From Girardia tigrina (lineage: Eukaryota): a stretch of DNA of 51,103 bases. The stretch spans positions 1 through 51,103 of the forward strand of contig MQRK01178639.1 of NCBI GenBank assembly GCA_001938485.1, read 5' to 3'. Positions 12,115 to 22,912 of this stretch are shown in pieces (position 1 is the stretch's first letter; the number at the start of each line of letters is the position of its first letter). The translations under genes and the position numbers were made by a program. A model generated the notes under the pieces. The model saw only the letters and a list, made by a program, of their open reading frames with translations, was not told where the DNA came from and did not search any database.

Positions 12115-12617
12115 ACCTAAAAAACGAAATAATATGCTGGACAATCTATAAAATTTTTTGAAAGTGCTTTAATATTATAATTTTTATCACACAGATAAAT
12201 TAACAATTAACCCGCGTTTACTAAATTCTCAATATTCAAACAAACTAAATTGTTAAATAATTTGCATTATTCGCATTAAATCCCTTTAAATGTTGAATTT
12301 CATTCTACAATCAAAACAGTGGTTACAAAACCAGAAAGAATATTACGTGTACGAATTCAAGTTTGAACAGATCGACGAAAAACCATTTTGACTTTTTCTG
12401 GACTTCCTCGATACTACAATAAAGAATTGACCCCATGGAATTATACTTTCAGAGGGTTGATACAATTACAGGTAAATGTTTCTATTATAAATGGAAAAAC
12501 GAGCAAATGAATTTCAATTTTTGAAAAATAGATACAATGATATAAAAAAGTATGTATTCAATTTCAAAAAGTTTTATTTATAATATATACATTTTTTCTT
12601 ATAATGTTGAAGATATA

Positions 12618-13418
12618 CTAAACTTTATTTTCTTGTTGTTCGTTCTTCTTCTTATTATTATTATGTCGAAAATGTAAAGTGAAATACGATATAATGAAGA
12701 TAAATAGTCCCACAACAGCGACCACGACAAAAAAAGTAATAACTTGTACCTCGTCGTTTGTTTTAATCAGGAAAATAATTTTCGAAAACAGATTAGAATC
12801 ATCGAGTTCAATGAGAGTATTATAAATGGTGTAATCCTTGAACTGAAGGAAGTTCTTTCTGAAATAAGTAAATATTATGTCAGTTGTCGAAAGGCTCCGC
12901 AGAGGAGCGCGATAATCGGGGCGACCAAAATAGAATCTGTCTTCAATTAAAGGATTTCTTTTCGAGAAATAAAAGACCGTGAAAATTGAGTGATTACAAA
13001 TGCGTGAAAATTGTAATCTTCCTTCAAAAGAGAATTTAGATCGCTGTTCTTCAACGACAGTAAATATCTCATCAATGAATTCATACTTGATCCTTGTGGA
13101 ATCGATAATGACAGACGACTTTAATACATTATTCTCCGTGATGGCCAGTACAAACACAACGTCCTTGTTATCATAGTCCACAGGGTCATACGTCAGTTTG
13201 AACTTCACTCCAGTATACAAATCGATTGGAAATGCTTCTTTCAATTCGAATTTCGCTTTGTTAGTAAAATGTTCCGCATGTCTGGGAAAACGTTCTTTTA
13301 CATCCTCTTGCAGCTGGCCATTGCCTTCTTCTATATTATCATTTCTTACAATCCTCGAATTAGCGACTTGCGAAAATAAAAAACCACAGAAAAATATCAA
13401 AAATTGATAAAATTTCAT
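12618..13418 (-). CDS. Orphan type I membrane protein, copy 2
   Basis: Intact ORF, identical to copy 1 up to ...RAPLR, then ~16 aa differences. Confidence 0.85.
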   Translation of the reverse strand: MKFYQFLIFFCGFLFSQVANSRIVRNDNIEEGNGQLQEDVKERFPRHAEHFTNKAKFELKEAFPIDLYTGVKFKLTYDPVDYDNKDVVFVLAITENNVLKSSVIIDSTRIKYEFIDEIFTVVEEQRSKFSFEGRLQFSRICNHSIFTVFYFSKRNPLIEDRFYFGRPDYRAPLRSLSTTDIIFTYFRKNFLQFKDYTIYNTLIELDDSNLFSKIIFLIKTNDEVQVITFFVVVAVVGLFIFIISYFTLHFRHNNNKKKNEQQENKV

Positions 13419-14493
13419 TTTAGTATTCAAAGTTATTTAATGTTAAATTATATTAATAAAACAAATTTTAATCATTAAAAATGTATTTTAAACAAAAAAA
13501 CACGCTATTTTAAAATATATTTCAGGAAAAAATATTTCGAATGTTTTACCGTCATCCTCCGATCACGAATTCTGTGGTCGTTGACCGCTGTACATGCGGC
13601 ATGGACGATTGGGTACCCTCTTCGACCAGTGATTAACAATGTACAATTTTATTACATTAATAAAAAAATAATCGCTGTGTTTATGTAAAAAATAAATGTA
13701 AATTTAAAATATGCTACAAAATTTATTTTTATGTCATTTTGTAAGAAAGATTTTACTTGTGTTTAAAAGAAGACAGAATATTTTAGTAAAATAAACAATT
13801 CATTTATATATATAAAATTTATTTTGACAATTTGAAGTTGGTGAAAAGTCGTTTAAATAATTTGTGATATAAATATTTATAGGAAGTGAGTTAATATAAT
13901 TATTGTAAAAAATAAAAAATGTTCTCTAAAAATAAATTTGTTAATTTCCTTTTAAAAGTTATATTTAATTCCTTTTTTAATATTATTAATTTTATTTACC
14001 AACAATCAGAATTTAACGAATTATTTCTACAATTTATACAGATAAATTAGGAATTAAAATTTGTTCTGAAATAAAAGTTATTTAAAGAAAATAAATCCAC
14101 AATAAATTTTTAAAACGAAAAACATTTNNNNNNNNNNNNNNNNNNNNNNNNNNNNNNNNNNNNNNNNNNNNNNNNNNNNNNNNNNNNNNNNNNNNNNNNN
14201 NNNNNNNNNNNNNNNNNNNNNNNNNNNNNNNNNNNNNNNNNNNNNNNNNNNNNNNNNNNNNNNNNNNNNNNNNNNNNNNNNNNNNNNNNNNNNNNNNNNN
14301 NNNNNNNNNNNNNNNNNNNNNNNNNNNNNNNNNNNNNNNNNNNNNNNNNNNNNNNNNNNNNNNNNNNNNNNNNNNNNNNNNNNNNNNNNNNNNNNNNNNN
14401 NNNNNNNNNNNNNNNNNNNNNNNNNNNNNNNNNNNNNNNNNNNNNNNNNNNNNNNNNNNNNNNNNNNNNNNNNNNNNNNNNNNNNNNNNNNNN

Positions 14494-15365
14494 ATTATAA
14501 TTTATTTAATTATATATTTTAAAAAGTATATTTTATGAAACAAACAATAAAATAATATGTAAATGTTTTTTAATTTAATTTTTTTAGAAAACAAATAATT
14601 AAATTTTTAAAAAATGTTACGACTAATTTTAATGATAAAATTTCTTAAAAAATATCGAAATAATCTAAAATTTTATTAAAAGAAATAAACAGCAATTTTA
14701 TCAATTTCTGTTTTTTGTCACAAGTTTCCTTTTCCCAGTTATATTTAATTCCTTTTTTGATATTATTAATTTTATTTACTAACAATCAGAATTTAATGAA
14801 TTATTTCTATAATTTGATGGAGACAAATTACTAAAATAATCTCTGGCAATAAATGCAAATAAGAAAATTAAATTAAATTGTTATTTAAAATTATTCAACT
14901 AATTATTAATTAATTATTTTTGATTATTTAAAATTACAGAAATAATTTCAACATTAAAAAATATTTTTTTAAATATATGTTATACTTATTTTTACCTATT
15001 TTATAATATATGTTATTAAAAATACAATTATACAATTATTTATTTATAAACCGATTTTTATTAAAAATATTTTTATTGAATAATGAAAGATATAAAAACT
15101 AAAGAAATTAATGACGATATTAAAAATTAATTCAATTATTTTTGTAGTTCGTTTCTTTTTGTTCGTCGTCTTCTTATGTTTCCAATATTTAAATAAAATT
15201 ATATTTTTAGTTATTATATACTTAAATAAATCTTTAATGGAATAAATAATTGAATAATATGTAAATGTTTTTTATATTATTTTTTCAGAAAACAAATAAT
15301 TAAATTTTTAAAAAAATTTTTCGAATAATTTTAATGCTAAAATTTGTTACAAATATCGAAATAAC
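14494..15365 (+). repeat. AT-rich segmental duplicates of the family's upstream region (match ~19905-20455 and ~13960-14050)
   Basis: 14494-14710 is nearly identical to 20237-20455; 14870-15365 is similar to 19910-20405. Confidence 0.7.
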
Positions 15366-17000
15366 TTGTTAAGAATTCAAATTTAATTATTATATTTATT
15401 ATCGTATATATATTAATTTATATCATTTCTGTGGCGATCCATTCCGTCTCATGAACAATCAACATCCTAATAGATCAAAGAACTTTAAAAAATATTGAAA
15501 AATCTTCCTCGAAAAGTACACGAAATTCTGTTGGTCAAGCAGAGTTCTGACCGCAGAATGAATACATTTTTTTATTTATTATTAGTACTTCTCAAAATTT
15601 GCATAATGATTTTTACTTTTTTAAGTTTCTGTAACATTTTTCAGTGAGAAAAATTTCTAAAATATAAATAAAGTCAAAAAAGGATTCTGTAATTTTTAAT
15701 CTAAAGACGCCATCAATGCCTAAATCCAAAAAGACAACGTTGAGACTAAATGGCAAAAGATTAGTGGTTTTCTTAATGGGATATTTTAATTTTTGTAATA
15801 TTTTTTGTTTCGTGAAATAATCTTGAAATGTTTAATTTGGAATCGTTGGTGACTTCAACAAGGAGACTCTTCCTATTTTTAACTAACAATAAACGTAATG
15901 ATAATAATCTTTTTATGTTTCAGGTGAAATCGATTTTTTCATAAATAAATCAACCAATACTTTTTTCACGGAGTGCCAAGGTAAATTGAAATCAGAACAA
16001 GGGGTAAAGAACTGATCCTCTGGGAAATGGAAGTCTTCCCTTCACCCAGATCCACATCATTCTGTATTCACGTAAAAGAAGTCAGTATATCGGATCGACG
16101 GATGTAGCGTTGCCCAAAATCGATTAGAAATTGTTTCGGCAATGCGAAATATTTGATTCGTATTCAAAGACAAAGCAATGAAAAAAAAGAGAGATTTCTA
16201 TCGATGGAGTTTCGTTAATTTAAGAAGTCAAAAAAAGATTCCAATCAAGCTCAGGTTGTCACAAAGTCCGTCTTTCGATTTTCCAACAAATATATCCATA
16301 ACCGCACCTCAAAATATTCAGTTACATCGCTCGAGATAGTAAATCAACTACTTTTAAATGCAATGTGTTAAATGCTTTAATTAAATTGGAAGCAATGAAA
16401 AGAATTAAATGTTTGTCATAGAATCAATCAAAAATGTAAAGAAACAAGGAAAACCAAAATTCAAGTAAGAATTCTTTTTTCCACGAAAATAAAGTATCCA
16501 CTTCTTAATCTCCTCAACCGATTCTACCTGCCGATCTCATAAAAATTGATGAAGCTGAAAGTAATTCTTAATCCGAATCTTAATCTACTTTAGATGAGTT
16601 AATTATGCAAAGTTACATTAAAAAGAAGGAAAAGGATGTGCGAAATTCAATCAATAAACCAAACATAAAATTACATTATAATAGTCTGAATGAAGACAAA
16701 AACGTAGTGCATATGTGGAGCATTGCTTGCTTATTTATATTTAGAGGAAAGAGACAAAATTCTTTGAATAAAACTTTTGTTCATACCATTGATGTTGCGG
16801 TAAGACCAGTAACTGTCTGTATCCTTCTGTTTCATATCTTCCACCAAATCATTTTACAGGAATGGGAGATTGTTATCATTCTCCATTTATGTAGAAAAAA
16901 TTGATATTTTAATGAATAGACATCATGAAACATAAGAATGGTTTTATATGATATTTATCTTTGAATATTAAAAAGATGTCATTTACATATCTTTAATACG

Positions 17001-17820
17001 GTATCCCGACAAAAACGCCAACGACAACAGCGCCCACCGACAAATGCGTCCCGAAAAAAGCGCTCATTTTTGAATTTTTATTTAAATTCTTAACAGAAGT
17101 AATTCTTAAATGAATTAATTTTGAGAGTCAAAAAAACTTTTTAACAAGAAAAATAGTTTAAAAATAGTACCAATGTTTCCATTAATCGTTTGGAATATGT
17201 TTGGTAGAGTTAATGGTGACTTGCCGTGTATAAATAATTCAGTTGAAGGTTGGCATAGAGCATTTCAACAAACCGTGAAGTACCACCATCTCTCAATTTT
17301 TAAAATAGTGGAACATTTTAAAAAAGAACAAAATCAAATAGAAATAGAATATGAACGTTTTCAAGTCGGATTTCGACAACCAGAAGCTTTGAAAAATAAA
17401 TATGTAAGCCTAAACAAACGGATAAAAAAATTAACAGAAAATTATATTATATATTATCTTAAGCGATAGTCGGATAATCTGGAAATATAATATAATATGT
17501 TATCTTTTTATTTTTTTTCATTGTATTACTTTTATTTTTAACATTTTGTTACTTTTGTTATTGTTGCAGTTTTGCAAGTCGTTAGGCGTTATTATTTATA
17601 TTATCATTATATTGCTTAAATCCCAAATAATATAAGTTTTACAAAATTATTTTTATAAAAATTCAAAAAGTCCTTTCATATTTGGGATTTAAACAATATA
17701 ATAATAGTAGAAATAATGATGCTTTCTGTTAAGAATTTAAACAAAACGTTTTACAAAAATTTAAAAAAGTGAGCGCTGTTGTCAGGATGCCTCCGTCGGT
17801 GAGCGCTGTTGCCGGGTCAC
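17001..17820 (+). mobile_element. Internally deleted MULE element with TIRs
   Basis: ORF 17173-17469 (WNMFGRVNGDLPCINNSVEGWH...) is a MULE C-terminus; termini are inverted arrays of gacaacagcgc motifs. Confidence 0.75.
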
Positions 17821-18042
17821 TCTATCATACACAGATGACTGATTCCATTTGATTTTCAGTGAGTTGCGTGAAAATGGAAGTCATGTTGGAACAGGTGTAG
17901 AACCCATTGCGACACCGTCTTTTAGAATGAACCATTTTAAAAACAGATACAATGAGTAATTAATATAAAAAGCTCTATACAATTTCAAAAAGTTTTATTA
18001 ATAACATATACAAAATTTATTTTCTTTAATATTGAAGAAATA

Positions 18043-18843
18043 CTAAACTTTATTTTCTTGTTGTTCGTTCTTCTTATTATTATTATTATGTCGAAATTGT
18101 AAAGCGCAATACAATATTATGAAAATAAGTGATCCAACAACAGCGGCCACGAGTAAACCAATGATTATTTGTGCCACAACGTTCGTTTTTATTATGAAAA
18201 TAATATGTTTAGACAGATGAAAATCATTTAGTTCGATTAATGTATTATAAATCGTGTAATCGTTGAACACAAACCAGAATTCTCTGAAATAATGTACGAT
18301 TATTGGAGTTGTTTGTGAGAAATAGAGAGGAAGGCCATTTGCCTCTGCACCCATAGTCAGTCTTGCTTCGCTTAAAGGATTTCGTTTCGAGAAATAAAAG
18401 ACCGTGAAAATTGAGTGATTACAAAAGTCTGTAAATTGTATTCTTCCTTCAAAGGAGAATTTAGACCGCTGTTCTTCAACGACAGTAAATATTGGATTAA
18501 AGGAGTGATACTTGATCCCCGTGGAATCAATAACGGCAGACGATTGCCATTTCTTATCCTCCGTGATGGCCAATACAAACACAAGGTCCTTGTTATCATA
18601 ATCCACAGGGTCATACGTCAGTTTGAACTTCACTTCATCGTTAACATCAACTGGAAATACTTCTTTCAATTCGAATTTCGCTTTGTTAGTAAAATGTTCC
18701 GCATGTCTGGGAAAACGTTGTTTTACATCCCCTTGCAGCTGGCCATTGCCTTCTTCTATATTAACAATACTTACAATGCTCGAATTAGCGACTTGTGAAA
18801 ATAAAAAACCACAGAAAAATATCAAAAATTGATAAAATTTCAT
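18043..18843 (-). CDS. Orphan type I membrane protein, copy 3 (divergent variant)
   Basis: Intact ORF of the same length, ~71% aa identity to copy 1 by manual count; upstream ~700 bp nearly identical to the other copies. Confidence 0.85.
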   Translation of the reverse strand: MKFYQFLIFFCGFLFSQVANSSIVSIVNIEEGNGQLQGDVKQRFPRHAEHFTNKAKFELKEVFPVDVNDEVKFKLTYDPVDYDNKDLVFVLAITEDKKWQSSAVIDSTGIKYHSFNPIFTVVEEQRSKFSFEGRIQFTDFCNHSIFTVFYFSKRNPLSEARLTMGAEANGLPLYFSQTTPIIVHYFREFWFVFNDYTIYNTLIELNDFHLSKHIIFIIKTNVVAQIIIGLLVAAVVGSLIFIILYCALQFRHNNNNKKNEQQENKV

Positions 18844-20989
18844 TTTAGTATTCAAAGTTATTTAATGGTAAATGATATTTATAAAACAAATTTTAATCAT
18901 TAAAAATATATTTTAAACAAAAAAACACGCTATTTTAAAATATATTTCAGGAAAAAATATTTCGAATGTTTTACCGTCATCCTCCGATCACAAATTCTGT
19001 GGTCGTTGACCGCTGTACATGCGGCATGGACGATTGGGTACCCTCTTCGACCAGTGATTAACAATGTACAATTTTATAACATAGAAAAATAATCGCTGTG
19101 TATATGTAAAAAATAAATGTAAATTTAAAATATGCTACAAAATTTATTTTTATGTCATTTTGTAAGAAAGATTTTACTTGTGTTTAAAAGAAGACAGAAT
19201 ATTTTATTAAAATAAACAATTCATTTATATATATAAAATTTATTTTGACAATTTGAAGTTGGTGAAAAGTCGTTTAAATAATTTGTGATATAAATATTTA
19301 TAAGAAGTGAGTTAATATAATTATTGTAAAAAATAAAAAATGTTCTCTAAAAATAAATTTGTTAATTTCCTTTTAAAAGTTATATTTAATTCATTTTTTT
19401 AATATTATTAATTTTATTTACCAACAATTCGAATTTAACGAATTATTTCTACAATTTATACAGATAAATTAGGAATTAAAATTTGTTCTGAAATAAAAGT
19501 TATTTAAAGAAAATAAATCCACAATAAATTTTTAAAACGAAAAACATTTTAAGTAAAAAGTAAACATAAAATTGTAAATTTCGTTTCAAAATTTAAAACT
19601 ATTTAAACTTTTTTGATATAAAATATGGCGAGAAAAACGTTTTTGGTTTTTATAAAATGAATTATATTAATTTAGTTTTATTTTTTTCAATAAAATTGCT
19701 TAACTTAAGATTTATTTTCAGACTTAAAAGATATTTTAATTAAAATAATCATTTATGTAATTTACTAAATGTTTTATTTGAGATAAAATGTTTTCAGATG
19801 TTTGATCCACTGAGAGAACGAAACATTTCCTCAATATCCGTGGACGATTTGCCTGTGTTAAATTTCAGAAATGTCTCAAATAATCATTTACAATAAATAC
19901 AAATATGAAAATTAAATTAAATTGTTAATTAACACTATTAAAAACAAATTATTAATTAATTATTCTTGATTATTTAAAACTACAGATATAATTAAAAAAA
20001 TAACTTTATAAATATATACTAAACTTATTTATACCTAATTTATATTACATATGATTTCAAAAAAAAATATATATTATAATATCACATTATTCATAATTTT
20101 TTTAATTTTTATCAAAAATATTTTTTATTGAATAATGAAAGATATAAAAATTAAAAATTGAACGACGATATTTAAAAATTACTTCAATAATTTTTGTAGT
20201 TCGTTTCTTTTTGTTCGTCGTGCTTTTATATTTCAATTATAATTTATTTAATTATATATTTTAAAAAGTATATTTTATGAAACAAACAATAAAATAATAT
20301 GTAAATGTTTTTTAATTTAATTTTTTTAGAAAACAAATAATTAAATTTTTAAAATATGTTACGACTAATTTTAATGATAAAATTTCTTAAAAAATATCGA
20401 AATAATCTAAAATTTTATTAAAAGAAATAAACAGCAATTTTATCAATTTTTGTTTTTTATCTGGTTTATTTTTTCACTATTAACTTAATTGAGACTATTG
20501 GGTTCGTGATTAAAATCCGAAGTCATTATTCGCAAACTTTATTTCTACTACAACTTTCACTACTCAAACAAATTTATGAGGAACAATATTTCAGTTACAT
20601 AAACCAGATTTTAAAATTCTAAATATAAATAATAATATCGATGTATATTTATGTGTATTATTTTATTCAATTTTGCATAAATCATATTTTGCTTTTGTTT
20701 TAATAATTTTTAAAATGTTTATTAATTGAAATATAAATTTAGATCTTTAAAAATATTTTAATGGACATGTCCTGTAAAAATTAAATTCCTAAATAATTTT
20801 TTCTTTAATTTTAAATTATTCAATTATAATTTTTTTTAATAAGACTTTCCGTGGACAAAAATTATAACTTTTTTTTATATAAAGTTATTTCATTTTAATG
20901 AGTAGAACATTATTTTTAATTTATCTCAAATATAAATACGATTTTTAATTTAAAAATATCAAAAATTTACAGTTCACCAAAAAAAACTC

Positions 20990-21300
20990 CTAACAGAGAC
21001 AATTTTGAATATTTATTACTGTCACATTTAGGTCATTAAAACTCTCAGAAGATCTTTCACCGTTTGAAATTAGTTTTTTTATTTTTGTTTTTAATACTAA
21101 TTATTCAAACAATGTTCTAAATCTTTTTTTTTAATATTTAATTTATAAATTTAATAAATTAAAATAATAATTTTAACCATTTCTTTATCAAAACACAAAA
21201 TAATAAAAATGTTATCTGTAAAATCGTATCAATGAATTTGGACTAAAATTTAACCACAATTAATTAAACATTTATTTAATAACGACACTCAATTATTAAA
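20990..21300 (-). mobile_element. Partial LTR of the TGTGAGGAATATT family
   Basis: Reverse complement contains gaaagatcttctgagagttttaatgacc, as at 39832-39859. Confidence 0.6.
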
Positions 21301-21359
21301 ACAAATATATTTAGGATTTAATTAATATTTGAATTTTCACTAATTAAATCTTTTCTCGA

Positions 21360-22900
21360 CACTACAGCTTCTCCTTTCTTTAGGAGATGTAATCGCCTAG
21401 GTAGTTTGATGGCTTGCGTTTTCGTTTTCCGTCTGTTCCGTTCTCCATGATTTTTTCATTGTCATTCCGGTGGTGCTCGGTCTTCCGATTGTCCACTTTT
21501 TCTTTCTCTGGTTCTGGTTTTTTCACGAGTCTCAGTTTTCTGATGTTTATCCATCTGCAACTACGTTGGTTTTTCCTTTTATATATGAGACCGTGAAGTT
21601 ATATGATAAGAGCTTTGTAGCCCGCCTTGAGATTCTGCATGGTACCGTACCATATCCATTAATGACAGTTAGTAGTTGTCGTAAGCTTTGGTGGTCTGTT
21701 CTTACTTGAAATTTTTGTCCATAAAGAAATTCATTCAATCTCATGATGCTCCAGATGACGCTGAGTGCTTCTTTTTCTGATGCTGAGTATTTTCGTTCTG
21801 AATCATGAATAGTTCTGCTGATAAAGTAGATTGGTTTTTCAATCCCTTCTTGGATTTGGCTTAATGCTGCTCCAAACCCGTTGTCTGAGGCATCTGTTGT
21901 CAGTATAGTTTCTGTTTTCATATCTGTAGAGTAGAATGCTAGTGGTACTGCCTCTGAGATTGCTTGTTTCAACTTCTGAAATATTGCTTCCATTTCTTCT
22001 GTCCACTGGAACGTTATTTCTCTTCTCGTTAAATTATACAGTTCGCGTGATAATTCCGCGAATCCTGGAATGTTTAATCTATAGCAACCGACCATTCCTA
22101 GAAATGATGCGAGTTGTTGTTTAGTCTTTGGAGTTTCTAAATTAATAATAGCTTTCAACGCTTCTGGCACTGGATGTACTCCTGTTTTATTAATTAATCT
22201 TCCCAAAAAGACTATTTCTTCTTTCCGGTATAACGATTTCTCTTAATTAATTGTCACTCTTTTCGATTTCAGCCGAAAGTCGTTTCATTCAGTCATTTAT
22301 CATGCTCCTCCATATTTTTCCCGTTTACTAATATATCATCTAGATAACAGACGATGCCTTCACGATGTCTGAGGATGTTCGTCATTACCCTCATGAATGC
22401 TGCTGGGGCATTTGCTAGACCAAATGGAAGTCGCTTGTATCTGAATGAACCTATGTGCGTAATGAAGGCTGTCTTCTATTCTGATGGGTAGTTGATGCTA
22501 TGCTGAAGTGAGATCCACTATTGAGAATATTTGAGCTCCGTACAGCTTGTTGTGAATTTCTTCCTGAGTGAGTATTGGAAACTGATCGATTTTGATGTGT
22601 TGGTTTAATCTTCCTGTAATCGACACACAGTCGAATTCCGTTCTTCTTGTTTGCTATTACTATTGGTGATACGAATACTGATGACTTAATTGGCTCGATG
22701 ACATCTTATGCAATCAGTTTTCTTATCTCTTCAGTGACAGGTGCCTCCAAATTAAAAGGAAGTCTTCTGACTTTTTGTATGATTGAATGGGGTACATCTT
22801 CTTTCAGTTGTATTTAGACTTCTTGGTTCGACATCGATATTAGTTTATCCGTCAAGAAATTCTTCTCCATTTCATCGTTATTGATTGCTGCAATTTCCGG
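21360..22900 (-). mobile_element. Ty3/gypsy pol fragment (RT-RNase H), frameshifted
   Basis: VCYLDDILV near 22340; LASFLGMVGCYR, TTDASDNGFGA, YSASEKEAL, VRTDHQSL and KGKTNVVAD motifs. Confidence 0.9.
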
Positions 22901-22912
22901 GGTAATAGCTAT

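Noticed and set aside
13541-13636. U1 snRNA-like gene (ttttacc 5' end, GATCACGAA loop motif)
   Set aside because: Stem-loop I does not pair around the motif, there is no AUUGCAC loop or correctly placed Sm site, and copy 3 alters the motif.
13541-13636. VVVDRCTCG as the C-terminus of a TGF-beta/cystine-knot protein
   Set aside because: Only a short motif; no upstream Cys-containing exons are identifiable, since that space is occupied by the antisense membrane-protein gene.
15700-16920. GC-richer region with a possible PHD-like Cys/His remnant
   Set aside because: Stops in all frames and no motif strong enough to name; probably a decayed transposon.
3448-18843. Diversity-generating retroelement explaining the variable blocks
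   Set aside because: Differences are not adenine-specific, there is no template repeat, and nearby RTs are ordinary gypsy and Penelope types.
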